The notes beneath the pieces were generated by a model that was not told where the DNA came from, searched no databases, and worked only from the letters and a program-made list of their open reading frames with translations. A program made the position numbers and the translations under genes. A stretch of 54,627 nt of DNA from Candidatus Methylomirabilia bacterium (lineage in GTDB: Bacteria; Methylomirabilota; Methylomirabilia; Rokubacteriales; CSP1-6): NCBI GenBank assembly GCA_041492755.1, contig JBGPXN010000008.1, positions 1 to 54,627 on the forward strand, in the 5' to 3' direction. Of this stretch, positions 1-9,168 are shown piece by piece (positions within the stretch are counted from its first letter, which is position 1; every line of letters starts with the position of its first letter).

Positions 1-29
1 AGCACGAGGACGGCGGCGGCACGGATCAT
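1..29 (-). CDS. 5' end of a gene running off the left edge (MIRAAAVLV..., signal-peptide-like)
   Basis: ATG at 29 preceded by a GGAGG Shine-Dalgarno; hydrophobic N-terminus; truncated by the window. Confidence 0.5.
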
Positions 30-46
30 CGTGGCCTCCGAGTATA

Positions 47-120
47 TCGAGGGGTGCCACGGCTTCGCCGGGGCGCCCCGAACGATGGGGGGCTTGGGGG
101 CCATGTCGGGGCCCCCATGT
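47..120 (+). repeat. REP-like two-hairpin repeat, type A, copy 1
   Basis: TCGAGGGGTGCCACGG-CTTCG-CCGGGGCGCCCC...GGGGGCC-ATGTCGG-GGCCCCCATGT; near-identical copies at 17761, 17855, 12311 (reverse) and 54495. Confidence 0.9.
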
Positions 121-129
121 TGGTGAACT

Positions 130-1737
130 TCACACCTCCTCGAGGATGGGGTACACGAGGGCCGAGACGTGCGAGCTGATCCGCTTGAGGTTGGTCAGCA
201 CGTCGAGGTGGATCTCCGAGGTCTCCAGCGATTCCGCGAGGCCGGCCCGGAGCCGCTCCAGGTGGGATTCGCGCAGCTCGCGCTCGCGCTGCCGCACGAT
301 GGGCCGGTAGTCCAGGACCTCCTGGGCGAGCGTGCGGTCGCCGGCGGCGAAGGCGGCGATGGCCTTCTCGAGGTTCTTGGCGACGAGGCCGTGGAAGTCG
401 AGGATCTCCGTCCAGCCCGCGTCCGAGAAGCGGCGCGCCTGGTACAGCTTCTTCTTCGCGAGCTCCATGAGGTTCTTGTCGATGATGTCGCCGATGTTCT
501 CGAGGTTGCCGATGAAGGAGATGAGGCCCATCTCGCGCCGCGACAGGTCCGCGCCGACGGTGTCGCGGCTGAGCCGCGTCAGGAAGAGCTTGATCTCGCG
601 CTCCAGGAAATCCACCTGGTCGTCGCGCCGCTCCACCTCTTCGAGCAGCTCCTGGTCGTCCCGGCCGAAGACGGTCGGCACGTCGCGGAACATGCCCTGG
701 ACCACGTCGGCCATGCGCAGCGCTTCGCGGGTGGCCTGGCCGAGGGCGAGCGACGGCTGATCGAGCGAGCGGTCGTCGAGGTAGCGCGTCTTGAACGGGT
801 TCTCGCCCGGCTGGTCCGGGGGGACGAGCGCCTCGATGAAGCGCGCGGCCAGGGAGGCGAAGGGCAGGAACACCAGGCTCATCCCGACGTTGAACATGGT
901 GTGGGCGTTGGCCACCTGTCGCGCGCCGTCGGCGGCGGTCAGGGCCACCAGCTTCGTGAACGGCCCGATGAACGGCAGGACGAGCGCGACCCCGAGGACC
1001 TTGAAGCCGATGTGCGCCATGGCCACCCGCTTGGCCTCGGCCGACGTGCCGATCGAGGCCATGAGCGCGGTGGCGCAGGTCCCGATGTTGGCGCCGAGCA
1101 CGATGGCGACGGCGCCGTCGAGGTTGATCAGGCCCTGGTTGGCCAGCGCGAGCGTCAGCCCGATCGTGGCCGCCGACGAGGCGACGATCGCGCTGAAGAC
1201 GGCGGCCACGATGACGGCCATGACGAGATTGTCGGTGATCGCCGCCAGCAGCTGCGCGGCGAGCGGGTTGCTCTTGATGGCCGCCCCCTCGCTCAGGATC
1301 AGCTTGAGACCGAGGAACATCAACCCGAAGCCAAGAACGGCGGAGCCAGCGTCCCGCACGATGCTGCGCCGGCCGAGGAACGTGATCGTAAAACCGATGC
1401 CGACCAGGAGCAGCGCGTAGTCGGTGACGCGGAAGGCGATGAGCTGCACGGTGAACGTCGTGCCGACGTCGGCGCCCAGGATGATCCCGAGCGTCTGGCG
1501 GAAGCTCATGAGCCCGGCCGACACGAACCCGATCAGCATCACCGTCGTCGCCGACGAGGACTGGATGATGCCCGTGATCGCCGCCCCCGAGCACAGCGCC
1601 ATCAGCCGGTTACGCGCCATCCCGGTCAGCAGCTGGCGCAGCCGCGCCCCCGCCGCCCGCCGCAGACTGCTTCCGGCGAGCTGAATGCCATACAGCAACA
1701 GCGCCATGCCGCCAAACAGCGCCAGAAGAATGGTCAT
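130..1737 (-). CDS. Na+/Pi cotransporter family protein with C-terminal PhoU-like domains (YjbB/NptA-like)
   Basis: IIQSSSATT and LGADVGTT / LGANIGT repeat motifs, multiple TM helices, helical PhoU-like C-terminus; ATG at 1737 overlaps the upstream stop (ATGA). Confidence 0.92.
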   Translation of the reverse strand: MTILLALFGGMALLLYGIQLAGSSLRRAAGARLRQLLTGMARNRLMALCSGAAITGIIQSSSATTVMLIGFVSAGLMSFRQTLGIILGADVGTTFTVQLIAFRVTDYALLLVGIGFTITFLGRRSIVRDAGSAVLGFGLMFLGLKLILSEGAAIKSNPLAAQLLAAITDNLVMAVIVAAVFSAIVASSAATIGLTLALANQGLINLDGAVAIVLGANIGTCATALMASIGTSAEAKRVAMAHIGFKVLGVALVLPFIGPFTKLVALTAADGARQVANAHTMFNVGMSLVFLPFASLAARFIEALVPPDQPGENPFKTRYLDDRSLDQPSLALGQATREALRMADVVQGMFRDVPTVFGRDDQELLEEVERRDDQVDFLEREIKLFLTRLSRDTVGADLSRREMGLISFIGNLENIGDIIDKNLMELAKKKLYQARRFSDAGWTEILDFHGLVAKNLEKAIAAFAAGDRTLAQEVLDYRPIVRQRERELRESHLERLRAGLAESLETSEIHLDVLTNLKRISSHVSALVYPILEEV

Positions 1738-2426
1738 GGCGCGGGCAATCGGACGTTTCGAGCGCGGGCTTCGCCCGAGACCCCCTCCGATGAGGCCACG
1801 AGGTTGCGCACGAGGTGCGCCGGCGCGAGCGCGCCCGTGAGATGCCGGGTGTCGTTGATGCTGGTGAGGCGCGGCGGCTTCACGACGGTGAGCGAGCAGT
1901 TGTCCACGCGGAAGCGCCAGAGCACGTTGAAGGAGCAGCCGAGGAGATGGCAGGCGTACGTGCTGATGATGCCACCGTGCGCGATCACCAGGACGTCGTC
2001 GCCGCTCGGGTGCTGGGCCGCGATGTGATCGACCGCGCGTACGACGCGGCGGCGCACGTCTTCGAGCGGCTCGCCCCCCGGCGGCGGGCAGTCCAGCGGC
2101 GCGCGGACCCACCGCGCGTACGGGTCGCCCTCCTGGCCGCGAATCTCCTCGACCGTGCACCCTTCCCAATCGCCGAGCGAGAGCTCGCGCAGCTCGTCGA
2201 GGGCCACCCGCGGCACGTCCGTGCCGGCCAGGGCGATCTCGGCGGTGTCCCGCGCGCGGCGCATGGGGCTCACGTACGCGCGCGCGATGCGATACGCCCG
2301 CAGCGCCTCACCGAGCGCCTCGGATTGCGCGCGGCCGCGCGCCGAGAGCTCGATGTCCGTCGCCCCCTGGAATCGGCGCACCTCGTTCCAGAGCGACTCG
2401 CCGTGGCGCGCGAGCAGCAGTCTCAC
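1734..2426 (-). CDS. Histidine phosphatase / phosphoglycerate mutase family protein
   Basis: LARHGES, SPMRRA, ELSLGDWEG, VIAHGG and NCS motifs; GTG start overlaps the gltX stop. Confidence 0.9.
   Translation of the reverse strand: MRLLLARHGESLWNEVRRFQGATDIELSARGRAQSEALGEALRAYRIARAYVSPMRRARDTAEIALAGTDVPRVALDELRELSLGDWEGCTVEEIRGQEGDPYARWVRAPLDCPPPGGEPLEDVRRRVVRAVDHIAAQHPSGDDVLVIAHGGIISTYACHLLGCSFNVLWRFRVDNCSLTVVKPPRLTSINDTRHLTGALAPAHLVRNLVASSEGVSGEARARNVRLPAP
1757..1790 (+). repeat. REP-like repeat, type B, internally deleted copy inside the 3' end of the histidine phosphatase gene
   Basis: TTCGAGCGCGGGC-TTC-GCCCG followed directly by CCCCCTCCGA, the two ends of the elements at 11343-11462 and 28711-28839. 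Confidence 0.65.
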
Positions 2427-3826
2427 CGCGTCGCCGCCCGTGCGCGGCGCAGCCGGGCCAGACTCTCGTCGCGGCCGAGGAGCGCGAGCACGTCGAACAG
2501 CGGCGGCGAAGCCGTTCGACCGGTCACGGCCAGGCGCGCGAGCTGGGCGAGGTCGCCGAGCTTGACGCCCAGGGCGTCCGCCCGCCCGCGAAAGACGGCT
2601 TCGAGCGCGGCGGCGGTCCAGTCCGGCCGCCCGGTCAGTCGCTCGACGAGCGCGTCCAGACGCTGCCCGCCCTCGGCGGTCAGAAATTTCTGGGCGGCCT
2701 TGGGCTCGTAGGAGGCCGGCGCCTCGAAGTAGAACCGCCCGGTCTCCACCAGCTCCATCAGCGTCTTCGCCCGCTCCTTGAGCGTGTCGACCACGCGGCC
2801 GAGCCACGCGTGGTCGCCGGGGATGCGAAGCCCGGCGCGGGTCACGAACGGCTCGACGTGCGCGGCGAGCGCCGGGCCGTCCATCGCCTTCATGTACTGC
2901 TGGTTGAGCCACTCGAGCTTGGTGCGATCGAACACCGCGCCCGCGGAGGCGACCTCCTTGACGTCGAACAGCTCGATCATCTCCCCCCGCGAGAAGATCT
3001 CCTGGTCACCGTGCGACCAGCCCAGCCGGGCCAGGTAGTTCACCAGCGCGTCCGGCAGGAATCCGTCGTCGCGATAGGCCTGCACGGACGTCGCGCCGTG
3101 CCGCTTGCTGAGCCGGCTGCGGTCGGGGCCCAGGATCATCGAGACGTGGGCGAACTCGGGCACCGGGTAGTCCAGCGCCTCGTAGCACAGGATCTGCTTG
3201 GGCGTGTTGGAGAGATGGTCGTTGCCGCGGATCACGTGGGTGATCCGCATGGTGACGTCGTCGACCACCACGCAGAAATTGTACGTGGGGGTGCCGTCGG
3301 TGCGGACGAGGATCCAGTCGTCGAGCTGGCCGTGCTCGAACGTCACCGGGCCGTTGATGAGGTCGTTCACCACCGTCGCGCCCTGGTCCGGGATGCGGAG
3401 CCGGAGGGCACCGGTGCTGAGCCCGCGATCGCGGCACCGGCCGGAGTACCGAAATGTCTCCTTGCGCTCTTCGGCCGCCCGGCGCGCGGCGTCGAGCTGC
3501 TCGGGCGGGCATTCGCAGTAGTAGGCGTGCCCGGCCTTGAGGAGGCGCGCGGCGTGCTCACGGTAGAGATCGAGCCGCTCGGTCTGGCGGTACCCCGGGC
3601 TGGGCGGACCCTCGTCCCAGTCCAGTCCGAGCCAGGTCAGCGCTTCGAGGATGGAGCCGATGTTCTCCTCGGTCGACCGCTCGGCGTCGGTGTCCTCGAT
3701 GCGCAGGATGAGGGCGCCCCCGTGATGCCGCGCGTAGAGCCAGTTGAAGAGCGCGGTGTGGGCGCTGCCCACGTGGAGGTGCCCGGTCGGGCTCGGAGCG
3801 AACCGGACGCGGACCTCGGTCGGCAT
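2423..3826 (-). CDS. gltX: Glutamate--tRNA ligase
   Basis: RVRFAPSPTGHLHVG, LRIEDTD, HVIRGNDH and LSKRHGA motifs; anticodon-binding C-terminus. Confidence 0.97.
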   Translation of the reverse strand: MPTEVRVRFAPSPTGHLHVGSAHTALFNWLYARHHGGALILRIEDTDAERSTEENIGSILEALTWLGLDWDEGPPSPGYRQTERLDLYREHAARLLKAGHAYYCECPPEQLDAARRAAEERKETFRYSGRCRDRGLSTGALRLRIPDQGATVVNDLINGPVTFEHGQLDDWILVRTDGTPTYNFCVVVDDVTMRITHVIRGNDHLSNTPKQILCYEALDYPVPEFAHVSMILGPDRSRLSKRHGATSVQAYRDDGFLPDALVNYLARLGWSHGDQEIFSRGEMIELFDVKEVASAGAVFDRTKLEWLNQQYMKAMDGPALAAHVEPFVTRAGLRIPGDHAWLGRVVDTLKERAKTLMELVETGRFYFEAPASYEPKAAQKFLTAEGGQRLDALVERLTGRPDWTAAALEAVFRGRADALGVKLGDLAQLARLAVTGRTASPPLFDVLALLGRDESLARLRRARAATR

Positions 3827-3829
3827 CGC

Positions 3830-4915
3830 TCAGTACGCCTCGAAGAGCCGTCCCCAGGGCGTGGCTCGAAACGCGCGGATGCGCCGCCGGCCGATCGTCG
3901 GATACCAGAGCAGATCGTGATAGACGTTCGACGCGAACGGCGCCCACACCGCCAGCGGCGAATGCAGCAGCAGGCGCTTGAGCGGGCGCAGCGGACCGCG
4001 GCGGATGAGCTGGTCGCCCCAGATGACGAGGCTCCGGCGGGTGGCGAAGCTGAAGCCGGTGGCGACGGCGTCGACGTCGCCCACGATCTCGATGTCGCGC
4101 GGGTCGGCGACGCCGAGCCCCCGCTCGTGGCACATGGCGAGGTAGCGGATGGCCAGCGGATCGAAGCCCATCATGCGCGCGGCGATGGCGTCGATGGCGA
4201 CCTGATCGGCGGAGGCCAGGATCAGGTTGCCCACGCGCGGGATCATCGTGCGCGGCCCCGCGCCGTCGCCCATCACCGTGCCGTCCATCACGGCGAATAC
4301 GCCCGGGTGGATTTCACGCTGCATCAGCATGAGATCCACCATCACCTCGTGGATGAACTCGTGGGCGTAGTGGCGCACTTCCTTGAGCAGCCCGCCGAAC
4401 GCGTTCTTGATGGCGCCGGTGGTCGTCGTGTGCCCGTGCGTCTTCAGAGTGGGGAGGTGGCAGATGTTCTTCCCCACGTACATCTTCGGGATCTCGATGC
4501 CCTCGGGGAAGAGCGCGTTCAGCTTCAGCAGCGGCGTCCTGAACCGATGGACCGTCCACTCCACTTCCGGCAGCGGGATGAACGGCAGCCGGTGGCGCTC
4601 GAGCACCGGCATCCACTTGTTGTTCCGCGCCCCGGCCCGCGGGTTGGTCACGACGGTCTTGTTCTCGACCGGATGGATGCGGGCGCGGTCGTAGCCGTCC
4701 TGGAGCAGCGCGGTCACGACGCCGTCCACTTGCCAGGGCTGGCTCGAGCACGCGGGGAAGTATTTCGTCCAGGAGAGATTCAGCTTGAGGATGAGGTCCT
4801 GATCGCGCGGGAGGACCTGGTCGTACTTCACCAGCCGCATGAGCCGGCCGTAGTCCTCCACCACGGTCTCGGGACGGGTGCGAAGGACGGCGACCTGACT
4901 GGGCATCATGGTCAT
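3830..4915 (-). CDS. DUF362 domain-containing protein
   Basis: ILKLNLSW, HLPTLKTHGHT, TTGAIKNAFG, MDGTV..GAGP and DQVAIDA motifs typical of DUF362; the start could be any of three nearby ATGs. Confidence 0.82.
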   Translation of the reverse strand: MTMMPSQVAVLRTRPETVVEDYGRLMRLVKYDQVLPRDQDLILKLNLSWTKYFPACSSQPWQVDGVVTALLQDGYDRARIHPVENKTVVTNPRAGARNNKWMPVLERHRLPFIPLPEVEWTVHRFRTPLLKLNALFPEGIEIPKMYVGKNICHLPTLKTHGHTTTTGAIKNAFGGLLKEVRHYAHEFIHEVMVDLMLMQREIHPGVFAVMDGTVMGDGAGPRTMIPRVGNLILASADQVAIDAIAARMMGFDPLAIRYLAMCHERGLGVADPRDIEIVGDVDAVATGFSFATRRSLVIWGDQLIRRGPLRPLKRLLLHSPLAVWAPFASNVYHDLLWYPTIGRRRIRAFRATPWGRLFEAY

Positions 4916-4916
4916 G

Positions 4917-5795
4917 TTACCGCAGGCGGGGACCGTAGATGATCGCCACGATGGCCAGCATCCAGCACAGCGTGTTCACCAGCAGCGGTCGATCGTTCAG
5001 GAACAGCTCCGAGGGGTTGCCGCCGAGCTGCCGGCGGTAGAGCAGGTAGAGATACCGGAAGATGCCGTAGAGCACGAACGGCAGCGTGGCCGGCAGCAGC
5101 TGCGTGTGGAACTTCGCCACCGTCTCCGGGGACATCGTGTAGAGCGCGTAGGCGGTCACCGCGGACGCCGTCACCACCGCGATCATCTGGTCGAGGAGCC
5201 CGGCGCTGTACTCGGCGAGGATCGGCCGGTGTTCGCTGGCGCGATCGCCGAGGGCGAGGTACTCGTGGCGGCGCTTGCCGAGGGCCAGGAAGAGCGCGAT
5301 CAGGATCGTGCAGATCAGCAGCCAGCCCGAGATCTCGACGTCGATGACGACGGCGCCGGCCACCGCCCGGAGCACGAAGCCGATGGCGACGACCAGGACG
5401 TCCACGATGACGAAGTGCTTGAGCCAGGCCGAGTACGCGGCGAGCAGTGAGACGTAGGCGAGGGCGACCAGGGCGAAGGCCGCCGACAGCGCGAGGCCGG
5501 CGGCCAGACCGGCCACGATCAGCACCATGGCGGCGCCGACCGCCACCGAAACCGGCAGGATCCCCGACGCGATCGGCCGTTCCCGCTTTCGCGGATGCAG
5601 CCGATCCTTGTCGCGATCGGCCACGTCGTTGAGCAGGTAGACCGCGCCCGCGAGCGCGCAGAACACCACGAACGCGGCGAGGGCGGTCCACACGAGCGGC
5701 GTGAGGAGCTTCTGGCCGAAGATGAGCCCCGCGAAGACGAAGAGGTTCTTGACCCACTGCCGCGGGCGCAGCGAGATCAGGATCGCGGCGAGCAC
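4917..5795 (-). CDS. UbiA-family decaprenyl-phosphate phosphoribosyltransferase-like protein
   Basis: LRPRQWVKNLFV, YLLNDVADRDKDRLHPRKRERPIASG and LGKRRHE motifs; ~9 TM helices; GTG start inferred. Confidence 0.9.
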   Translation of the reverse strand: MLAAILISLRPRQWVKNLFVFAGLIFGQKLLTPLVWTALAAFVVFCALAGAVYLLNDVADRDKDRLHPRKRERPIASGILPVSVAVGAAMVLIVAGLAAGLALSAAFALVALAYVSLLAAYSAWLKHFVIVDVLVVAIGFVLRAVAGAVVIDVEISGWLLICTILIALFLALGKRRHEYLALGDRASEHRPILAEYSAGLLDQMIAVVTASAVTAYALYTMSPETVAKFHTQLLPATLPFVLYGIFRYLYLLYRRQLGGNPSELFLNDRPLLVNTLCWMLAIVAIIYGPRLR

Positions 5796-5812
5796 CGAGG
5801 GAGGCCGCGGGC

Positions 5813-6910
5813 TCAGAGCCGGTCGCAGGCGACGCGGACGGCCCCCGCCACCTGTTCGACCTCGGCGTCGGTCAGCTCGGCGAAGCACGGCAACGACAGC
5901 ACCTCGGCGGCCGCGCGCCTTGCCTCGGGCCACCGCCGCTGGTCGCCGAGTCCGAACAGCGGCTGATCGGGCACGGCTTCCGGGTAGTGCACCGCCGTCC
6001 CGATGCCGAGATCGGCGAGCATCTTGGCCAGCGCGTCCCGCTGCGGGTGCCGCACGGTGTAGAGGTGGTAGACGTGGCGGGCACGCGGGCGCTCGGCCGG
6101 GAGGGTGAGCGGCAGCCCGGCGAGGAGCGCGCGATAGCGTCCGGCGATCCAGCGCCGGCGCTCGATCCAGGCGTCCAGCCGCGTGAGCTTGACCCGGAGC
6201 GCCGCCGCCTGCATCTCGTCCAGGCGGCTGCACCAGCCCAGCTCGACGTGCCGATACCGCCCGGCGTCGCCGTGGTGACGCAACCGTCGGAGCCGTTCGG
6301 CCAGATCGTCGCGGTCGGTCAGCACCATGCCACCGTCGCCGCACGCGCCCAGGTTCTTCGTGGGATAGAACGACAGGCAGGCGAGATCACCCCACCCGCC
6401 GGCCGGGCGACCGTCCCACGACGCGCCGATGGCCTGCGCGTTGTCCTCGACGAGCGCGATGCCGCGGGCCCGGGCCAATCGGGACAGCGCGTCCAGCGGC
6501 GCCGGATGGCCGTAGAGGTGCACCGCCACGATGGCGCGCGTGCGCGGAGTGATCGCCCGCTCGACGAGGCTCGGGTCGAGGGCGAAGGTATCGGGCTCGA
6601 CGTCGACGAATACGGGCGTCGCGCCCGCCATCATGCTGGTGGATGCGGAGGCCACGAACGAGAACGCGGGCGTGACGACTTCGTCCCCGGGCCCGACGTC
6701 GAGCGCAGCCAGCGCCAGCCGCAGCGCGTCGGTGCCCGAGCCCACGCCGATGCCGTGCCGCACGCCGCAGCGCGCGGCCAGCTCCTGCTCCAGCGCGGCG
6801 CCCTCGGCGCCCAGCACGAAGCGGCTGCCGTCGACGACGCGCTCGAGCGCGGCCATCAGCTCCCCCTTCAGCGCGGCGTGCTGCCGGACGAGGTCGACGT
6901 GCGGAATCAT
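5813..6910 (-). CDS. DegT/DnrJ/EryC1/StrS PLP-dependent sugar aminotransferase
   Basis: GSGTDAL, VHLYG, EDNAQA and SFYPTKNLG..GDGG motifs; ATG overlaps the lptD stop. Confidence 0.93.
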   Translation of the reverse strand: MIPHVDLVRQHAALKGELMAALERVVDGSRFVLGAEGAALEQELAARCGVRHGIGVGSGTDALRLALAALDVGPGDEVVTPAFSFVASASTSMMAGATPVFVDVEPDTFALDPSLVERAITPRTRAIVAVHLYGHPAPLDALSRLARARGIALVEDNAQAIGASWDGRPAGGWGDLACLSFYPTKNLGACGDGGMVLTDRDDLAERLRRLRHHGDAGRYRHVELGWCSRLDEMQAAALRVKLTRLDAWIERRRWIAGRYRALLAGLPLTLPAERPRARHVYHLYTVRHPQRDALAKMLADLGIGTAVHYPEAVPDQPLFGLGDQRRWPEARRAAAEVLSLPCFAELTDAEVEQVAGAVRVACDRL

Positions 6911-9150
6911 CGCGTCGGGCCCGGGACCAGGGGCGGCGGGGCCAGGCCGGGCAGCGTGCCCAGGCCGGCGCTGGTGGTGATCGGCGCCCCCAGACCGAGC
7001 AGGTTGACCGCGAACCGGATCTCGTCCTCGTTTTTGTTCCGATCCACGTACTCGACGCTGATGGCCCAGCACTGGAACCGGATGTCGAGCGCGAGCCGGT
7101 TCTCGACGAACGTGTCGGTGCGAACGTCCCAGTTCGTGCTGCCCCGCACGATCAAGTTCCGGGTCAGCTCCCCCAGGAAGTTGCCTTGCAGGAAGGTGTT
7201 GGGCTTCGTGTACCGGGTCCCCACGCCGGCGCTGAGCCGGGGAATGCTGATGGACACGTCGGTGTTGCCGGTCACGAAGCCATCGCCGTAGGGGTTGTAA
7301 CTGGTGTCGGCCCGGAAGGACAGGATGCGGTTGGGGTTGATGAGGAGATCGCCGTTCACGTTGCCGAGCGGTCGATCGTCCACGAGAAGATTGTAGGTGT
7401 GGGCGAGCACGAAGCGGAGCGCCTCCCAGCGGACGGGCTCGGTGCCGGCCGGCGCCACCGTCCGCGCGATGAAGCGGTTGGTGAGCGAATAGTTGATCAG
7501 GCTCGTCTCCGGAAAGTTGTCGACCGCGTCGTACTGGGGGACGCGCTTGAGGGGGACCCGGGGGGAGCCGGGCGGCGCCGGGGGGGGCGCCGGGCGGAGG
7601 TTGGTGCCGTCCACGTACGTATAGTTGGCGCGCGGCTCGATCGCGTGCATCACGGCGTCGATCCCGCCCACGCCCCCGGCCTGGTAGACGCGGGACGCGC
7701 GCGATTCGAAGTCGGAACCGAGGATCGCGGCGCGCCGGAGAATGGGGTCGTCCTGGGTCTCCTCCACGACGAGGCCGCCGTCGCGAGTGACGCGGGTCCC
7801 CACCACCGACTTCTCGTAGGCGGTGAGCCGGTAGCTCGCGAACGGGGTGAGCGTGAAGTAGCCGAACACCGGGATCGGGCGGGAGATGCGCGGCAGCAAG
7901 TCCAGCCGCCCGCCGTCCGATCCCACGTCGCGGACGAAGTTCACGGACTGGACGTCGAGCTCGTACAGGAACCCCGATAGCTGGGCCCCCGGGATCGGCT
8001 GACGCGGCATCTGGAAGCGGACCTCCGGGAGCTTGTACAGCTCGACGGGCCGGGTCTGCGTGAGGTCCTGGTACCAGAACGTGTTCACGAGCAGGTTGGC
8101 GTTCGGCCACGTCTTGGTGAGGAAGATGTTCGACTCGACCCGCTGCGAGGCGCGGTCGTGCAGGCGGTCGCTGTACTCGCGCAGCACGAGATCGTCGGAC
8201 AGGCCGTTGATGTCGGCCTTGAGGCTCAGCCCCGGCCCGAGCAGCCAGTCGTGCTTGTAACCCCAGAAGCCACGATTGCGGTCAATCGCGTTGAGATCGG
8301 CGCCGGTGACGGGGTCCTTCGTGGCCACGACCTTGTCGTTCTCCCGGATGAAGAAGCCGGTCAACAACGCCTTGTTGGTGAGGGAGAAGACGTTGTTGTA
8401 CTCGATGTAGCTCCCCACCCCACGGTTCTGGTAGACCGCCGGCGTGAGGGTCAGGTCCTGGCTCTCCGAGATCGCCCAGAAGAACGGCTGCTCGTAGAAG
8501 AATCCGCGGCGGGTCGTGGACCCGAAGCGTGGGAAGAGGAAGCCGGTCTGGCGCTCCTTGCGGACGGACGCCGCGAAGATCGGCAGCAGCGGCAGGACCG
8601 GCACGTTCTTGATCCAGAACGAGCCGTTGGTGCCGTAGATGAGGTCTTGCAGATCGGCGTTGGCGTTGCCGAAGCGAAACGACCACGTCGGTGGATCGTC
8701 CTCGCAGGTCGTGAACACGCCGCTGCGGATCTTGTAGACGCTCTCCCCCACCCGCTCCATCCGCTCGCCGCCGATGCGGTAGTACGGCGCCACCCGCGCC
8801 TCGCCGTTATGGACCACCCCGGTGCCGGTGTTGATGTTGTAGTCGATGCGATCGCCGGTGAGCCGATCGTCGCCATCGTAGAAGATGGCCCGGCCCTGGG
8901 CCACCGCGTCCCCGCTCTGTCGATTGATCTCGACCCGGTCGGCGGTCACCCGCGTCGCGCCGCGGATGAGCTCGACGTTGCCGGTGGCGACCACCAGGTT
9001 GTCCGCCCCGAGCTCCTCGATCCGGTCCGCCAGGACCGTCACCGGACCGCCGGGCGTCTGCACGGTCACGGGCGCCTGGGCCCGGGCAGCTCCGCCGCCG
9101 GTCAGGAGCAGGGCGACGGCGAGGGGGATGGCGAAGCCGATCCGTACCAT
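6907..9150 (-). CDS. lptD: LPS-assembly outer-membrane protein LptD
   Basis: Signal peptide, OstA-like N-domain (ATGNVEL), FTTC..PTW, RQTGFLFP, beta-barrel and C-terminal QCW motif. Confidence 0.88.
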   Translation of the reverse strand: MVRIGFAIPLAVALLLTGGGAARAQAPVTVQTPGGPVTVLADRIEELGADNLVVATGNVELIRGATRVTADRVEINRQSGDAVAQGRAIFYDGDDRLTGDRIDYNINTGTGVVHNGEARVAPYYRIGGERMERVGESVYKIRSGVFTTCEDDPPTWSFRFGNANADLQDLIYGTNGSFWIKNVPVLPLLPIFAASVRKERQTGFLFPRFGSTTRRGFFYEQPFFWAISESQDLTLTPAVYQNRGVGSYIEYNNVFSLTNKALLTGFFIRENDKVVATKDPVTGADLNAIDRNRGFWGYKHDWLLGPGLSLKADINGLSDDLVLREYSDRLHDRASQRVESNIFLTKTWPNANLLVNTFWYQDLTQTRPVELYKLPEVRFQMPRQPIPGAQLSGFLYELDVQSVNFVRDVGSDGGRLDLLPRISRPIPVFGYFTLTPFASYRLTAYEKSVVGTRVTRDGGLVVEETQDDPILRRAAILGSDFESRASRVYQAGGVGGIDAVMHAIEPRANYTYVDGTNLRPAPPPAPPGSPRVPLKRVPQYDAVDNFPETSLINYSLTNRFIARTVAPAGTEPVRWEALRFVLAHTYNLLVDDRPLGNVNGDLLINPNRILSFRADTSYNPYGDGFVTGNTDVSISIPRLSAGVGTRYTKPNTFLQGNFLGELTRNLIVRGSTNWDVRTDTFVENRLALDIRFQCWAISVEYVDRNKNEDEIRFAVNLLGLGAPITTSAGLGTLPGLAPPPLVPGPTR

Positions 9151-9168
9151 TCGGTGTCTTGAAAGTCC

